Shown piece by piece: positions 27,532 to 37,982 of a stretch of 64,000 nucleotides of DNA. The notes below the pieces were generated by a model. The model was not told the origin of the DNA. It ran no database searches and saw nothing but the letters and a program-made list of their open reading frames with translations. Made by a program: the position numbers and the translations under genes. The stretch is from NCBI GenBank assembly GCA_963719165.1, contig CAVRAV010000001.1:2065954-2129953 (forward strand), written 5' to 3'. Positions within the stretch are counted from its first letter, which is position 1. The number at the start of each line of letters is the position of its first letter. This DNA is from an uncultured Actinomycetes bacterium (GTDB lineage Bacteria > Actinomycetota > UBA4738 > HRBIN12).

Positions 27532-28491
27532 ATGCGCTTCTGCCTGATGTTCGAAGGACAAGAGGGCGTGACCTGGGACGAATGGGTCGCCGCCGCACTG
27601 GCAGCTGAACGACTCGGGTTCGACGCGATCTTCACCTCGGACCACTACCTGAGTGTCATGGGCGATCGCGATCGCGGATCCTCCGACGCCTGGACCTTGC
27701 TCGCCGGGCTCGCTGCGGTGACCTCGACGATCCGTCTGGGCACGCTCGTGTCTCCGGTCACGTTCCGAGAGCCCGCGGTGCTGGCGAAGGCGGCGGTGAC
27801 CGTCGATCGCATCAGCGCTGGCCGGGTCGAGATCGGCATGGGCGCGGGCTGGTGGGAGGAAGAGCATCGTGCGCACGGGTTCCGGTTCCCGCCCGTCGAC
27901 GAGCGGTTCGGCAAGTTGGAGGAGCAGCTCGAGATCGTCCACGGCCTCCTCACCGAGGACGTGTTCACGTTCGAGGGCCGGTACTACACGCTGCGAGACG
28001 TGCCGTTCGCTCCGAAGGCCCTCCAGTCTCCCCACCCGCCGATCATCGTTGGGGGCGCCGGCGGACCGCGAGTCGCCGGACTCGTGTCGCGATGGGCCGA
28101 CGAGTTCAACACGGTGGGCGTGGGGCCCGCCGAGGCCGGAGAACGGATCGCCGCGGTGCGCGCGCAACTGGATCGAGACGGTCGGGACCAGCGGACGCTC
28201 ACGACATCGGTGATGACGTGGTGCTACGTGGGGAGCACCCAGGACGAGGCGATGGACCGCGTGCGCCAGGTGTCCGATCGGTCGATGCGGGCGGAGCGCT
28301 TCGCGGACGAGCTCGACGAGCTGCGCGCCACGTGCGTGGTGGGATCGCCCGACCAGGCGGCGGCGCGCCTGCGCGACTATGAGGCGGCCGGCGTGCAACG
28401 CATCATGCTGAACCACGAGCTGTTCGATGACCTGGAGATGCTGGAGATCCTTGCCGCGCAGGTCTTTCCTCAAGTGCCCCGCGGCGCGTGA
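27532..28491 (+). CDS. LLM-class (luciferase-like) F420-dependent oxidoreductase
   Basis: MRFCLMFEGQEGVTWDEW...FTSDHYL...RLGTLVSPVTFREPAVLAKAAVTVDRISAGRVEIGMGAGWWEEEH. The start could also be 27508 or 27475. Confidence 0.85.
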   Translation: MRFCLMFEGQEGVTWDEWVAAALAAERLGFDAIFTSDHYLSVMGDRDRGSSDAWTLLAGLAAVTSTIRLGTLVSPVTFREPAVLAKAAVTVDRISAGRVEIGMGAGWWEEEHRAHGFRFPPVDERFGKLEEQLEIVHGLLTEDVFTFEGRYYTLRDVPFAPKALQSPHPPIIVGGAGGPRVAGLVSRWADEFNTVGVGPAEAGERIAAVRAQLDRDGRDQRTLTTSVMTWCYVGSTQDEAMDRVRQVSDRSMRAERFADELDELRATCVVGSPDQAAARLRDYEAAGVQRIMLNHELFDDLEMLEILAAQVFPQVPRGA

Positions 28492-28497
28492 TCTTCC

Positions 28498-29277
28498 ATG
28501 ATCGCCGAGACTGAACCCGAGCACGGCCGCGTCGCGTTGATCACCGGGGGCGGGGGCGGCATGGGGCGAGCCATCGCCGAGCGCCTCTTGGCCAAGGGTC
28601 ATGTCGTCGTGCTCGCGGATCGCTCGCGCGAGGCACTCGACGACGCAACCAGCGCCCTGGGAGACGTGAGCACGGTGGCGGCCGACGTCACCTCGGTGGC
28701 CGACTGCGAACGCATGGTGGCGACGGCCGTTCGCGTCGGTGGCCGGCTCGACGTGCTCGTCAACGCCGCAGGTGTCTGGGTCGAAGGCAACACGTGGGAG
28801 ATGACCGAGGAGTCCTGGGACCGCGTCGTCGACGTCAACCTCAAAGGGACGTTCTTCGCGTGCCGCTATGCCATCCCCGAGCTGATGCCGGCGGAAGGAT
28901 GCATCGTGAACATCTCCAGCGACAGCGGGTTGGGAGGCAATCCGGGTTGCGCGATCTACAACGCGTCCAAGTTCGGCGTGAACGGTCTCACGCGTTCCCT
29001 CGCCTTGGAGCTGGCGCCCCAGGGCGTTCGTGTGAACGCGGTCTGCCCCGGCGACGTCGATACACCGATGCTGGCGGCCCAGGCAAGGGACTTCGGTGGT
29101 GGTGACGAGGCGGCCTACCTGAGCGCCCTGCTCGCGAAGATGCCGCAGGCCGCGCGTGCGCGGTTCATCCGGCCTGAGGAAGTGGCGGCCCTGGTCGGAT
29201 TCCTCGCATCCGAGGAGGCATCCCCCATCACCGGCGCGTGCATCCCCATCGAGTGGGGCGTGCTCGCCGGCTACTGA
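28498..29277 (+). CDS. SDR family oxidoreductase
   Basis: ITGGGGGMGRAIA (TGxxxGxG), NAAG, and the catalytic YNASK. Confidence 0.9.
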   Translation: MIAETEPEHGRVALITGGGGGMGRAIAERLLAKGHVVVLADRSREALDDATSALGDVSTVAADVTSVADCERMVATAVRVGGRLDVLVNAAGVWVEGNTWEMTEESWDRVVDVNLKGTFFACRYAIPELMPAEGCIVNISSDSGLGGNPGCAIYNASKFGVNGLTRSLALELAPQGVRVNAVCPGDVDTPMLAAQARDFGGGDEAAYLSALLAKMPQAARARFIRPEEVAALVGFLASEEASPITGACIPIEWGVLAGY

Positions 29278-29324
29278 GCGTCGCATCCTTGCGACCAGGG
29301 CCGAGGCGTGTGAGCATCACGTCG

Positions 29325-29615
29325 ATGCGTGCCGGTGGCGCCCTCGTGGTCGTCTGGGTCGCCTTCTTGGCGCTGTGGATCTGGGCGCTGGTCGACTGCA
29401 TCCGCGTGCCCGACGATCGGTACTTCAAGTCGGGAACGAAGGTGATCTGGGTCATCGTCATCGTGCTGCTCGGCTTCATCGGGGCGATCATCTATTTGCT
29501 GGCGGGACGGCCGGATGCGGCCACTCGGGCCTCCTCGAAGACGGGTGGAGACGAAGCCGACCCCCCGCTGCCACCGGCGGTTCCACCGGGCTCGTTGCCC
29601 CCACCTCCTGCGTGA
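29325..29615 (+). CDS. PLD-nuclease N-terminal (PLDc_N) domain small membrane protein
   Basis: Two TM segments flank WALVDCIRVPDDRYFKSGTKVIWVIVIVLLGFIGAIIYLLAGR. The tail is Pro-rich. Start uncertain (ATG 29325 or GTG 29310). Confidence 0.65.
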   Translation: MRAGGALVVVWVAFLALWIWALVDCIRVPDDRYFKSGTKVIWVIVIVLLGFIGAIIYLLAGRPDAATRASSKTGGDEADPPLPPAVPPGSLPPPPA

Positions 29616-29662
29616 CCGAGGATCGGGGCGGCAAGCGCCGCTGTTAGGCTTGGTTCGATCCC

Positions 29663-30889
29663 ATGGCCGAGTTCTCGATCGATCGCTTCGTCGACCGCTA
29701 CGCGACTCGCACGGCCGGGATGTCGGCCTCGGAGGTTCGTGCGCTCTTCGCCGTGGCTTCGCGCCCCGAGGTGGTTTCGCTGGCTGGGGGCATGCCCTAC
29801 GTCGAAGCCCTCCCATCCGGCGACATCCTCGACGTCATCCACGAGGTGTTCGACGAGTTCGGGTCGCGGGCGTTGCAGTACGGCGGAGGCCAAGGCGACC
29901 CGGGCTTGCGGGAGCGGATGGCCGGGTTGATGGCCGAAGAATCCGTTCCCGCGGACCCGGAGGACATGGTGATCACCTCCGGCGCCCAGCAGGCCCTGGA
30001 CCTCACGGGCAAGATCTTCATCGACCCCGGCGATCTCGTGGCCGTGGAGGCGCCCGCCTACGTCGGGGCGCTCACGGCGTTCGGCGCCTACGAGCCTCGC
30101 TACCTCCAGATCGATCTCGACGAAGAGGGAATGATCGTCGATCAGCTGGAGGAGGCGTTCGTCCGCGGCGACCGGCCGAAGTTCGTCTATACCTGCCCGA
30201 ACTTCGGCAACCCTTCCGGTATGACGTTATCATACTCACGACGCGAACGCCTCGTGGCGCTGTGCCGGGAGGCCGCCGTGCCGATCATCGAGGACAACCC
30301 CTACGGCATGCTCCGGTTCGAGGGGGAACCGCTCCCGGCACTGCGGACCCTCGACCCCGACAACGTGATCTACCTCGGTACGGTGTCGAAGGTCTTTTCC
30401 CCCGGCGTTCGCGTCGGGTGGGCGCTCGCGGAACAGTCGGTCGTGCAGCGCCTCATCCTGGCGAAGGAGGCGGCCGACCTGTGCGGCTCGTCCCTCAACA
30501 TGTTGTTGACCGATCGCTATTTCGCGGGGGAGCGCTGGCGCGCGAACCTCGCGACCCTGGTCGAGACGTACCGTGATCGTCGGGATGCGATGCTCGAGGC
30601 GCTCGGCGACGCGTTTCCTCCGGGGGCGGTCTGGACGAACCCCGCCGGAGGGTTCTACGTGTGGGTGACGCTCCCGTCATGGCTCGACGCGCGCGCGATG
30701 CTCGCGGCCGCCGTGGAACGTCGCGTCGCCTACGTCCCGGGCACCGCGTTCTACCCCGACCGGCGGGGTGGCAACCAGATGCGCCTAGCGTTCAGCTACC
30801 CCTCGCCCGAGCGGATCCACGAAGGTATCGGGCGTCTGGGCGAGCTGCTCAGCGACGAGGAGCGCCTCTATCGGAGCCTGCATCCATGA
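29663..30889 (+). CDS. PLP-dependent aminotransferase, class I/II (ARO8/LysN-like)
   Basis: 408 aa. SLAGGMPYVEALP, NPSGMTLS and TVSKVFSPGVRVGW (PLP Lys). Confidence 0.85.
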   Translation: MAEFSIDRFVDRYATRTAGMSASEVRALFAVASRPEVVSLAGGMPYVEALPSGDILDVIHEVFDEFGSRALQYGGGQGDPGLRERMAGLMAEESVPADPEDMVITSGAQQALDLTGKIFIDPGDLVAVEAPAYVGALTAFGAYEPRYLQIDLDEEGMIVDQLEEAFVRGDRPKFVYTCPNFGNPSGMTLSYSRRERLVALCREAAVPIIEDNPYGMLRFEGEPLPALRTLDPDNVIYLGTVSKVFSPGVRVGWALAEQSVVQRLILAKEAADLCGSSLNMLLTDRYFAGERWRANLATLVETYRDRRDAMLEALGDAFPPGAVWTNPAGGFYVWVTLPSWLDARAMLAAAVERRVAYVPGTAFYPDRRGGNQMRLAFSYPSPERIHEGIGRLGELLSDEERLYRSLHP

Positions 30890-31821
30890 GGGTGGCGGTC
30901 CTCGCGGGCGGTCGAACACCCGAGCGCGAGGTCTCGCTCAGGAGCGGACACCGTGTGATGGCGTCGCTCAGAGGATCGGGAAACGAGGCTCGCTTGATCG
31001 ACCCCGCCGAGTCCCCGCTCGTAGAGGCTCTGCGTTCGCTGGGGCCGGACGTGTGCTACCTCACGCTGCACGGAAAGGAGGGCGAGGACGGCACCATCCA
31101 GCGCCTGCTCGACCTCCTCCAGATCGCGTACACCGGCACGGCGGCCTTCGACTGCGAGGTGGCCTTCGACAAGGTCCTCGCCAAGGATGCGCTGGCGCGC
31201 GCGGGGGTCTCGACGCCGGCGTGGGTCACCATCGAGGGTTCGGCGCTGCGCGATCTTGGAGCTGGGGCGGCGCTCGACGTCGCCTTGGAGCGGATCGGAC
31301 TGCCTTGTGTCGTCAAACCGTCGCGCAGCGGATCGGCGCTCGGCGTCGGGATCGTTGAGGATGCGGCCGACCTCCCGAACGCCGTCATGGCGGCCCTCGC
31401 GTTCAGCGGCGCCGCGATCGTCGAAGTGATGATCGAGGGCGCCGAGATCGCGGCGGGACTCGTCGGTACGCCCCGCGAACCCTTGCCGTTGGTGGAGATC
31501 GAGCCCAAGAGCGGCCGCTACGACTACGCAGCCCGCTACACGGCCGGTGCCACAGAGTATTTCGCCCCCGCACGTCTTCCCGCGGACGCCGCCGACGCGT
31601 GCGCCGTCGAGGCGCTTCGCGCTGCCGACGCGCTCGGGACCCGGGACGTCACACGGGTCGATCTCATCGTGGACGGCGAGGGGATCCCTTGGGTCCTCGA
31701 GGTGAACGTCTCCCCGGGGATGACCGAGACGAGCTTGCTCCCGTTGGCCGCGCGTGCAGCGGGGATGGCGCTCGACGAGCTGTGTGACCGCGTCCTACGG
31801 TCGGCCGCCGCCCGAGCCTGA
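30886..31821 (+). CDS. ddl: D-alanine--D-alanine ligase
   Basis: The ATG overlaps the aminotransferase stop (ATGA). MRVAVLAGGRTPEREVSLRSG, LHGKEGEDGTIQ, VVKPSRSGSALGV and EVNVSPGMTETS. Confidence 0.9.
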   Translation: MRVAVLAGGRTPEREVSLRSGHRVMASLRGSGNEARLIDPAESPLVEALRSLGPDVCYLTLHGKEGEDGTIQRLLDLLQIAYTGTAAFDCEVAFDKVLAKDALARAGVSTPAWVTIEGSALRDLGAGAALDVALERIGLPCVVKPSRSGSALGVGIVEDAADLPNAVMAALAFSGAAIVEVMIEGAEIAAGLVGTPREPLPLVEIEPKSGRYDYAARYTAGATEYFAPARLPADAADACAVEALRAADALGTRDVTRVDLIVDGEGIPWVLEVNVSPGMTETSLLPLAARAAGMALDELCDRVLRSAAARA

Positions 31822-31826
31822 GGACG

Positions 31827-32717
31827 TCAGTCGGGAGAGAGGCCGGGTCCCGAACCCACGATCTCGGAGACGATGCGCTCCAGATCGTCGGCGGAGCCGA
31901 ACTCGATGATGACCCGGCCCCGCTTCTTCCCCATCTGGATCTGGACGCGGGTCGCAAGTTGTTCTGACAGGATCTCCTCGACCTCGCCCAAGCCCACCTC
32001 GGTGGAACCCCCGGGCTCGCCGGCGCGCTTGGCTTGTTTCTCTGAAGGGCTATCCACGTAGCGTCGCACGAGCTCTTCGGTCTCGCGGACCGACAGATCC
32101 TCGGCGGCGATCCGCAAGGCCAGAGCGTTCTGCGCATCGGCATCCCCCAGGCTCAGCAGGGCTCGGGCATGTCCGGACTGGATCTTCCCATCGGAGAGCA
32201 GCTGCTGAGAATCGAGCGGAAGCTGCAGGAGGCGGATCGTGTTCGCGATGTGCGAGCGGGACACGCCCACCCGTTCCGCAAGCTCCTCCTGTTTCAGCCC
32301 GAGCTCCTCGAGCAACTGGCGGAACGCTTCGGCGAGCTCGATCGGGCCCAGATCCTGACGATGGATGTTCTCGATGAGCGCCTCGCGGAGCAGGTCTGCA
32401 TCGTTGGTGTCGCGCAGGACCGCCGGGACGGTGGCGAGGCCGGCAACCTTCGCCGCACGGAGTCGGCGCTCCCCCGCCACGAGCTCGAAGCCGTGTTCAG
32501 CTCGACGAATCACGATGGGCTGCAAGATGCCCACCTCGCGGATCGACGCGGCGAGGGCGCCGATCTCTTCTGTGTCCCAGCGCGTGCGCGGCTGCTTTGG
32601 GTTCGGCGCGATCGCGTTGACGGGCGCCTCGATCAATCCCGATCCCGCCTCGCCGGCCTCAGGCGCGCCGGGGATCAGCGCGGATAGCCCTCGACCCAGC
32701 CCGCCTCGTTTCGACAT
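31827..32717 (-). CDS. parB: Chromosome partitioning protein ParB
   Basis: KRGGLGRGLSALIP, the ParB box GILQPIVIRR...ELVAGERRLRAA, and an HTH. ATG 32717 shares one base with the parA TGA, and GGGAGG lies upstream. Confidence 0.9.
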   Translation of the reverse strand: MSKRGGLGRGLSALIPGAPEAGEAGSGLIEAPVNAIAPNPKQPRTRWDTEEIGALAASIREVGILQPIVIRRAEHGFELVAGERRLRAAKVAGLATVPAVLRDTNDADLLREALIENIHRQDLGPIELAEAFRQLLEELGLKQEELAERVGVSRSHIANTIRLLQLPLDSQQLLSDGKIQSGHARALLSLGDADAQNALALRIAAEDLSVRETEELVRRYVDSPSEKQAKRAGEPGGSTEVGLGEVEEILSEQLATRVQIQMGKKRGRVIIEFGSADDLERIVSEIVGSGPGLSPD

Positions 32718-34288
32718 CACTCGCCTCCCTTACGGAACAGTCGCCATCGACGCTTGGGCTCCCCGTTCTCGTCCTCGAGCGTGGCCCCGATGTCGGCGAC
32801 CGCCTGCTGGGGGGTCGCCTCGGCGGGGTCGTGGCCCGTGGGCCTTGCGGGGGAGGGCACCGGCAGGTCGGTCTCCTCGTCGATGACTACCACCCGTCGT
32901 TCGGGAAGGTGTCCGGGTGGGGCGGGGGATGAAGGCGGCTGGATCCGGGGAGCCGGGGTTGCCGGCTCGTCCACCTCATCCCACAGTTCGTCCTCTCCGG
33001 TCCCCGGGTCGGATGCGGGATCGGGGCGGGACCCAGGCGCGCCCGCCGATTCGATCGGGGGGGACACCGACTCGCCGAGGTCGTCCTCGGGCTCCGCGTG
33101 GTCCACGGCGGCGCCGGCCGCCTCGCTCACTTCCTCCGCCGCGGCCTCCGACTCGAGTTCGTCCTCCACCTCCGTCGTGCCGAGGGCGTGTATCTCGTCG
33201 CCGGCTTCGGCCTCGATCGCGTGCACGGTCGGGACCTCGTCGAGTTCCTCCTCCTCCGGCGCGCCTCGGGCGAGGTGGTTGTCCGCCGCGGGGATCACGA
33301 CCGTCGGCAAGTCCTCGTAGTTGGGCATCGGCTCGGGCGGCGGCGGGCGAACGGCCACCTCCCGGGCCAGCTCTCGGTAACTCTCCGCCCCCTTCGATCG
33401 GGGGTCGTAGACCGTGATGGGCTGGCCGTACCCGGGGGCCTCCGACAGCCGGACGGTCCGGGGGATGATCACGTCGTAGACGAGATCATCGAAGTAGTTG
33501 CGCACCTCCTGGACCACCTGCTCCGACAGCTTGGTGCGGGGGTCGAACATCGTCATCACGATGCCGCTCAGGCGAAGGTCCGGGTTGATGTTCTGCTGAA
33601 CGAGCGAGACGTTGCGCAGGAGCTGCCCCAATCCCTCCAGCGCGTAGTACTCGCACTGGATGGGCACGATGAGCTCCTCAGCGGCGGTAAGCGCGTTGAC
33701 CGTGAGGAGCCCCAGCGAGGGCGGGCAGTCCATGAGGATGAAGTCATACATACCCTCCCGCACGTCCCCCAATGCCTTCTTCAGACGGCTCTCGCGCGAG
33801 AACTGACTGACCAATTCGATCTCCGCCCCGGCCAGGTCGATGGTCGAGGGGATCGCGTGGAGACGCTCCACGGGCGTCTTCACGATCGCCTCCGTAACCG
33901 GCGCCTCGGCAACCACGACGTCGTAGACGGTGATCTCTCGGGCTTCGTGGCGGATCCCCATCCCGGTGGACGCGTTTCCCTGGGGGTCCAGGTCGACGAC
34001 GAGGACCCGGTACCCGAGTTCGGCAAGGGCGGCGCCCAGGCTGACCGCCGTGGTGGATTTCCCGACGCCGCCCTTCTGATTCGCGATGGCGATGATCCGT
34101 GCCGCCCCGGGCGTCTCGGGGACCACCGGCTGGGCTTTGCGCTTGGTCCGCCGGGCCTTGGCGGGCGCCGACGCTCCGCCCTTCGAGGGGGAAGGCGAGG
34201 GACTGGAACGTTGGGCGGCGCTGGCGCCGGATGGGGCGGTGGTCACTGCGGGGTCATGATAGCGACCGCCTCGGACCATGCAAGCCAA
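32717..34288 (-). CDS. parA: ParA/Soj ATPase with ~60-aa basic N-terminal and ~210-aa acidic C-terminal extensions
   Basis: Deviant Walker A (NQKGGVGKSTT), VVDLDPQGNAS and ILMDCPPSLG. The core ends near residue 312. An Asp/Glu/Pro/Ala-rich tail follows and ends in KRRWRLFRKGGE. Confidence 0.85.
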   Translation of the reverse strand: MACMVRGGRYHDPAVTTAPSGASAAQRSSPSPSPSKGGASAPAKARRTKRKAQPVVPETPGAARIIAIANQKGGVGKSTTAVSLGAALAELGYRVLVVDLDPQGNASTGMGIRHEAREITVYDVVVAEAPVTEAIVKTPVERLHAIPSTIDLAGAEIELVSQFSRESRLKKALGDVREGMYDFILMDCPPSLGLLTVNALTAAEELIVPIQCEYYALEGLGQLLRNVSLVQQNINPDLRLSGIVMTMFDPRTKLSEQVVQEVRNYFDDLVYDVIIPRTVRLSEAPGYGQPITVYDPRSKGAESYRELAREVAVRPPPPEPMPNYEDLPTVVIPAADNHLARGAPEEEELDEVPTVHAIEAEAGDEIHALGTTEVEDELESEAAAEEVSEAAGAAVDHAEPEDDLGESVSPPIESAGAPGSRPDPASDPGTGEDELWDEVDEPATPAPRIQPPSSPAPPGHLPERRVVVIDEETDLPVPSPARPTGHDPAEATPQQAVADIGATLEDENGEPKRRWRLFRKGGE

Positions 34289-34328
34289 ACGGGGGAAAAC
34301 GAGCTCCGCTCCCGCCGGAGACGAGGTT

Positions 34329-34946
34329 CTAGGGACGACGCAACTCGACCAGCTCGCCCGCCCTGGGAAGCCCCTCGGAGCGATGGATCACGGCGGTGAG
34401 GCCCTCGGGTACGTCCCGGCCGGCGTCGAAGGTTCGGCCGGCCCAGTAGATCAGCCGACCTTCATCGGCCAGCAACCGCTCCGACGCAACCCAGGCCTCG
34501 GGCAACGGGGCGAAGGCCCTCGCGAAGCACACGTCCCGCCGTTGTCGAAGGGTCTCCGCCCGTCGGGCGTAGACCTGGACCCGACTCAGGCCGAGCTCCT
34601 CAACGGCGCTTCGGAGGAAGACGGCCCGGTTCCGCCGGACCTCCACGAGGGTCAGCTCGAGCTCAGGGCGAACGATGGCGAGCACGACACCCGGGAGACC
34701 GCCGCCGGAACCGAGGTCGTATCCCAACCGGGTAGCGACGTCGAGGAGGGGCGCGGCGCGCAGGCTGTCGAGGATGTGCCGCTCGCGGATGCGGGTCAGG
34801 TCGTTTCGAGCCACGAGCCCCATCGGTCCGCCGCGTTCGATGAGCAGCCGCTCGTAGACGCCGAGCCGCTCAACTGCCACCGGCGACAGGGGAACACCCG
34901 CCCGCTCGCCGCCTTCTACCCAACCCTCATGTTTCACGTGAAACAT
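34329..34946 (-). CDS. rsmG: 16S rRNA (guanine527-N7)-methyltransferase
   Basis: MFHVKHE start, HILDSL, and the SAM motif DLGSGGGLPGVVLAI. Confidence 0.9.
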   Translation of the reverse strand: MFHVKHEGWVEGGERAGVPLSPVAVERLGVYERLLIERGGPMGLVARNDLTRIRERHILDSLRAAPLLDVATRLGYDLGSGGGLPGVVLAIVRPELELTLVEVRRNRAVFLRSAVEELGLSRVQVYARRAETLRQRRDVCFARAFAPLPEAWVASERLLADEGRLIYWAGRTFDAGRDVPEGLTAVIHRSEGLPRAGELVELRRP

Positions 34947-35021
34947 GGCTCCGAGCCTGATGATCCCGATCCGGCCACTCCGCCGTGCTCGAAGATCGCC
35001 GTTCGACGGGCCACGGCCTCG

Positions 35022-35657
35022 TTAGACGGCGCGGATGACCACGTAGCGGTTCGGGTCCTCGCCACGCGAACTCGTATCGACCCCGGAAACCTCCGCGACG
35101 GCGTCGTGGACGAGCTTTCGTTCGTAGGAGTTCATGGCCTCGAGGTCTTCTTCGCCACCGTCGCGGGCGACGCGCTCGGCAACCGCTCGCGCGTGCTCGG
35201 CGAGGCGCTCATCCCGTCGCTTGCGGTAGTCCCCCACGTCCACGATCACCCGGATACGCTGATCCAGCCGCCTCCCGATCGCCATGCGCGCCAATTCCTG
35301 GATCGCCTCCAGGGTCTGACCGTGCCGTCCGATCAGGAGCGACATGTCGTCTTCGGGCCCGTCGACGATATCCACGTACAGCTGATCTCCGTGTCGGACC
35401 GGCTCCGCGATCGCGTCGATGTCCATCCTCGCAAGCATCTCGTCGACGAAGTCGGCCACCGCGTCGGCCTGGGCCTCGAGGTCCTCCGCGTCCAGCACCG
35501 TCTCGGGGGCGCTGATGCGAACCCGCGCCTCGCCGGAGTCCTCCCCTGCCTCGAGGACCTCGATCTCCGCGTCCTCGCGGTCGACGCCGAGCGCTGCGAG
35601 CGCCGCCTCGACGGCCTCGTCTACCGTTGGAGCGCTTCGTTCAACTCGCCGAACCAT
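35022..35657 (-). CDS. jag: Jag/KhpB-type RNA-binding protein (Jag_N, KH, R3H)
   Basis: From ATG 35657. [15 protein letters not shown], the KH segment [14 protein letters not shown], and the R3H segment [13 protein letters not shown]. It overlaps the yidC end by 17 nt. Confidence 0.85.
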   Translation of the reverse strand: MVRRVERSAPTVDEAVEAALAALGVDREDAEIEVLEAGEDSGEARVRISAPETVLDAEDLEAQADAVADFVDEMLARMDIDAIAEPVRHGDQLYVDIVDGPEDDMSLLIGRHGQTLEAIQELARMAIGRRLDQRIRVIVDVGDYRKRRDERLAEHARAVAERVARDGGEEDLEAMNSYERKLVHDAVAEVSGVDTSSRGEDPNRYVVIRAV

Positions 35658-36918
35658 CGCCGCCGCCTCCCGGGCGCTTCTTGGGCCGTGCGCCCTTCCC
35701 GTTGCCATCCTTCGGTTCAGCACCGTCGGGGTTCCCCTTGGGGGTGCGGCTCTTGGGATCGCCCGCAGCTCCCGACGCCCCGCCCTTCGAACCGGCCTTG
35801 TTGCCTCCTGTATTCGGCTTGCGCCGAGGCCCCGAGGGCCGTGGGGGAGAGCTGCTCGGCTTCCCTGATTTCGGTTGGGGCTTCGCCGTCTTGGGGTCCT
35901 CCGTGCGTTGTTGTTGCTCCAACATCCGGGCCATGAAGCCCTTCTTCTCCGGCTCATTTGCCTTGGCCGCGTTCTTGGCCCGCTGTTCGGCCATCCTGCG
36001 CTCCAGCGCATCGGGACCGATATGCCCAGCCCGCATCAGCAGCGACTGCTGGCCGATCTGGAACCCGTTGGACACGGTCCAATACAAGACGAGGCCCGCC
36101 GGGAACGTGAACCCAAAGATCCCGAACATCAGCGGCATGAACTTCAGGAGCTGCTGTTGCTGGCTCGAGCCCGCGTTCTGGGGGGCGGCCTTCGTCATCT
36201 GTCGCTGCTGGTAGAAGGTCGTTGCGATCATGAGGATCAGGAGCAGGAAGTAGGGGACCTTGTCGACCGGCGCATCTCCGCAGTTGAGGGTGGAGCGCGA
36301 CGTGACGTTCGGAAGCAGCTCGTTGTCGGTGCCGTTGAGGAGGGGACGATCCGGCTGCACGGGCTGCTTGGCCGTGTCGTTCAGCACGGCGGTCGTTCCG
36401 GACTGGCCTGCGGAACATTGGAGGTTGACGAAGATCACGCCGGTGTTCTCGTGCTCGATGACGTCGAAGAAGAGCTGGCTGCTGACCGGAAGGTGGTTGT
36501 TCTTGACGACGTATGCCGCCTGCCCCGCAGAGTCGGTGGTGGGCTCGAGCGTGGGCATGCGGATCACGGCGTACATCGCGATCAGGACCGGGAACTGCAG
36601 CAGGAGGGGGAGGCACCCCCCGAGCGGGTTGACCCCTGCCTCCTTGTACAGCTTCATCGTCTCTTCCTGGATCTTCGCCTTGTTCCCCTTGTACTTCTTC
36701 TGGAGCTCCTTGATCTTGGGCTGGATAGCCTGCATGTGCTGCATCGACTTGATCTGCTTGATCCCGAGCGGCACCAACAGGAACTTGATCAGCAGGGTCA
36801 GGATGATGATCGCGACGCCATAGTTCGGGACGAACCGATAGATGGTTGCGAGCACCCATCCAAGCGCATCGAGCAGGGTTTGGAAGAGGGGAGAAACGAT
36901 GGGGATGGAGCCGAGCAT
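35641..36918 (-). CDS. yidC: Membrane protein insertase YidC with long basic C-terminal tail
   Basis: [31 protein letters not shown] and [20 protein letters not shown]. The tail is Lys/Gly/Pro-rich. Confidence 0.9.
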   Translation of the reverse strand: MLGSIPIVSPLFQTLLDALGWVLATIYRFVPNYGVAIIILTLLIKFLLVPLGIKQIKSMQHMQAIQPKIKELQKKYKGNKAKIQEETMKLYKEAGVNPLGGCLPLLLQFPVLIAMYAVIRMPTLEPTTDSAGQAAYVVKNNHLPVSSQLFFDVIEHENTGVIFVNLQCSAGQSGTTAVLNDTAKQPVQPDRPLLNGTDNELLPNVTSRSTLNCGDAPVDKVPYFLLLILMIATTFYQQRQMTKAAPQNAGSSQQQQLLKFMPLMFGIFGFTFPAGLVLYWTVSNGFQIGQQSLLMRAGHIGPDALERRMAEQRAKNAAKANEPEKKGFMARMLEQQQRTEDPKTAKPQPKSGKPSSSPPRPSGPRRKPNTGGNKAGSKGGASGAAGDPKSRTPKGNPDGAEPKDGNGKGARPKKRPGGGGDGSAS

Positions 36919-37251
36919 CTAGGCGCGAGCCTCCTCGCCCGGTGAGCCGGGAGCGGAGCGAGGGACGCCCGTTCTTTGTAGGATATCATCATACGCAGCC
37001 CTCGGGACGTGGTCGATCCCCCCCGCGCCGTATGGATTGCAGCGCAGGATCCGCCACAGGGCCATCGCGGATCCCCGGAGAGCGCCGTGGGCGCGGATCG
37101 CCTCCTCGCCGTAGCGGGAACAGGTGGGGTAGAAGCGACACTGCCCGCCGAGCCAACCGGAGAGCGTTGCCCGATAGAGCCGGATCCCCGCCAGGAGAGC
37201 TCCGCGCACAGGCGTCCCGAGCGTCCAGGCGGCGCGACGTAGGGCGTTCAC
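36919..37251 (-). CDS. yidD: Membrane protein insertion efficiency factor YidD
   Basis: GTG 37251 overlaps the rnpA stop. [38 protein letters not shown]. The stop abuts the yidC start. Confidence 0.85.
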   Translation of the reverse strand: MNALRRAAWTLGTPVRGALLAGIRLYRATLSGWLGGQCRFYPTCSRYGEEAIRAHGALRGSAMALWRILRCNPYGAGGIDHVPRAAYDDILQRTGVPRSAPGSPGEEARA

Positions 37252-37556
37252 GCGCGCGTCGTCTCTGCCCGTCGGAGCACCTGTGTCATCTCGGCCACCA
37301 GATCCTGCGTCTTGGCGCCCCGCACGGCCTCGCGAGCCACCAGGACGACATCGAAACCGCCGTTGACCTGCGGAGATACCTGGGCCCAGGCCTCGCGCAG
37401 GATCCGCCGAGCCCGGTTCCGCTCGACGGCGCCTCCCACCCGACGGGAAGCGATCACGGCGATCCCACCCGGGCCGGGCGCGAGAAACACTACCACCCGG
37501 TTTCCGTGCGCCGGCCGGCCTTTGGCGAGGACCTCGCGGACCTGTCGATCTCGCAC
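37248..37556 (-). CDS. rnpA: Ribonuclease P protein component
   Basis: GTG start. [18 protein letters not shown] (the RNR motif). It is positioned between rpmH and yidD. Confidence 0.8.
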   Translation of the reverse strand: MRDRQVREVLAKGRPAHGNRVVVFLAPGPGGIAVIASRRVGGAVERNRARRILREAWAQVSPQVNGGFDVVLVAREAVRGAKTQDLVAEMTQVLRRAETTRA

Positions 37557-37565
37557 GGCCGATGC

Positions 37566-37709
37566 TCAGACCGTGAGCCGGGCCCGGCCCTTGCGCCGAC
37601 GAGCGGACAGGATGGAGCGGCCGGCCCTCGTCCGCATGCGAAGGCGGAACCCATGGCGCTTGTGCCGGCGCCGGTTGTTCGGTTGAAACGTGCGCTTCCC
37701 CTTGGCCAT
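37566..37709 (-). CDS. rpmH: 50S ribosomal protein L34
   Basis: From ATG 37709: [47 protein letters not shown]. Confidence 0.95.
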   Translation of the reverse strand: MAKGKRTFQPNNRRRHKRHGFRLRMRTRAGRSILSARRRKGRARLTV

Positions 37710-37854
37710 GTCTTCGATCCCATCGCTCACGAAGGCCGGCACGAGGCCGGCCACGCAGCAGAGTATACGGTGGGCGGGCGAGACCGGACAAAGAATGCCG
37801 CGTCAGAGGCCTTGACAACGAAAAGAGTGTCAAGACCACCTCGCGCGGCGGTCG

Positions 37855-37982
37855 TGTGGAAAACCTCCGTGCTACTGTGCGCACCGCCTCCCCCCGGGGC
37901 GATCGAGGTGCCGACCGCCGATCGAGCCCGTCGGATATCTCTCGTTCGGTTTTCCACCACTGTGGAAAGGCTCTGTGGATAG
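37855..37982. promoter_or_regulatory. DnaA-box cluster upstream of dnaA (autoregulation and/or oriC part)
   Basis: Four boxes are present. TGTGGAAAA (37855-37863, reverse complement TTTTCCACA). TTTTCCACC (37950-37958). TGTGGAAAG (37961-37969). TGTGGATAG (37974-37982, reverse complement CTATCCACA), which ends 2 nt before the dnaA ATG. Confidence 0.65.
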
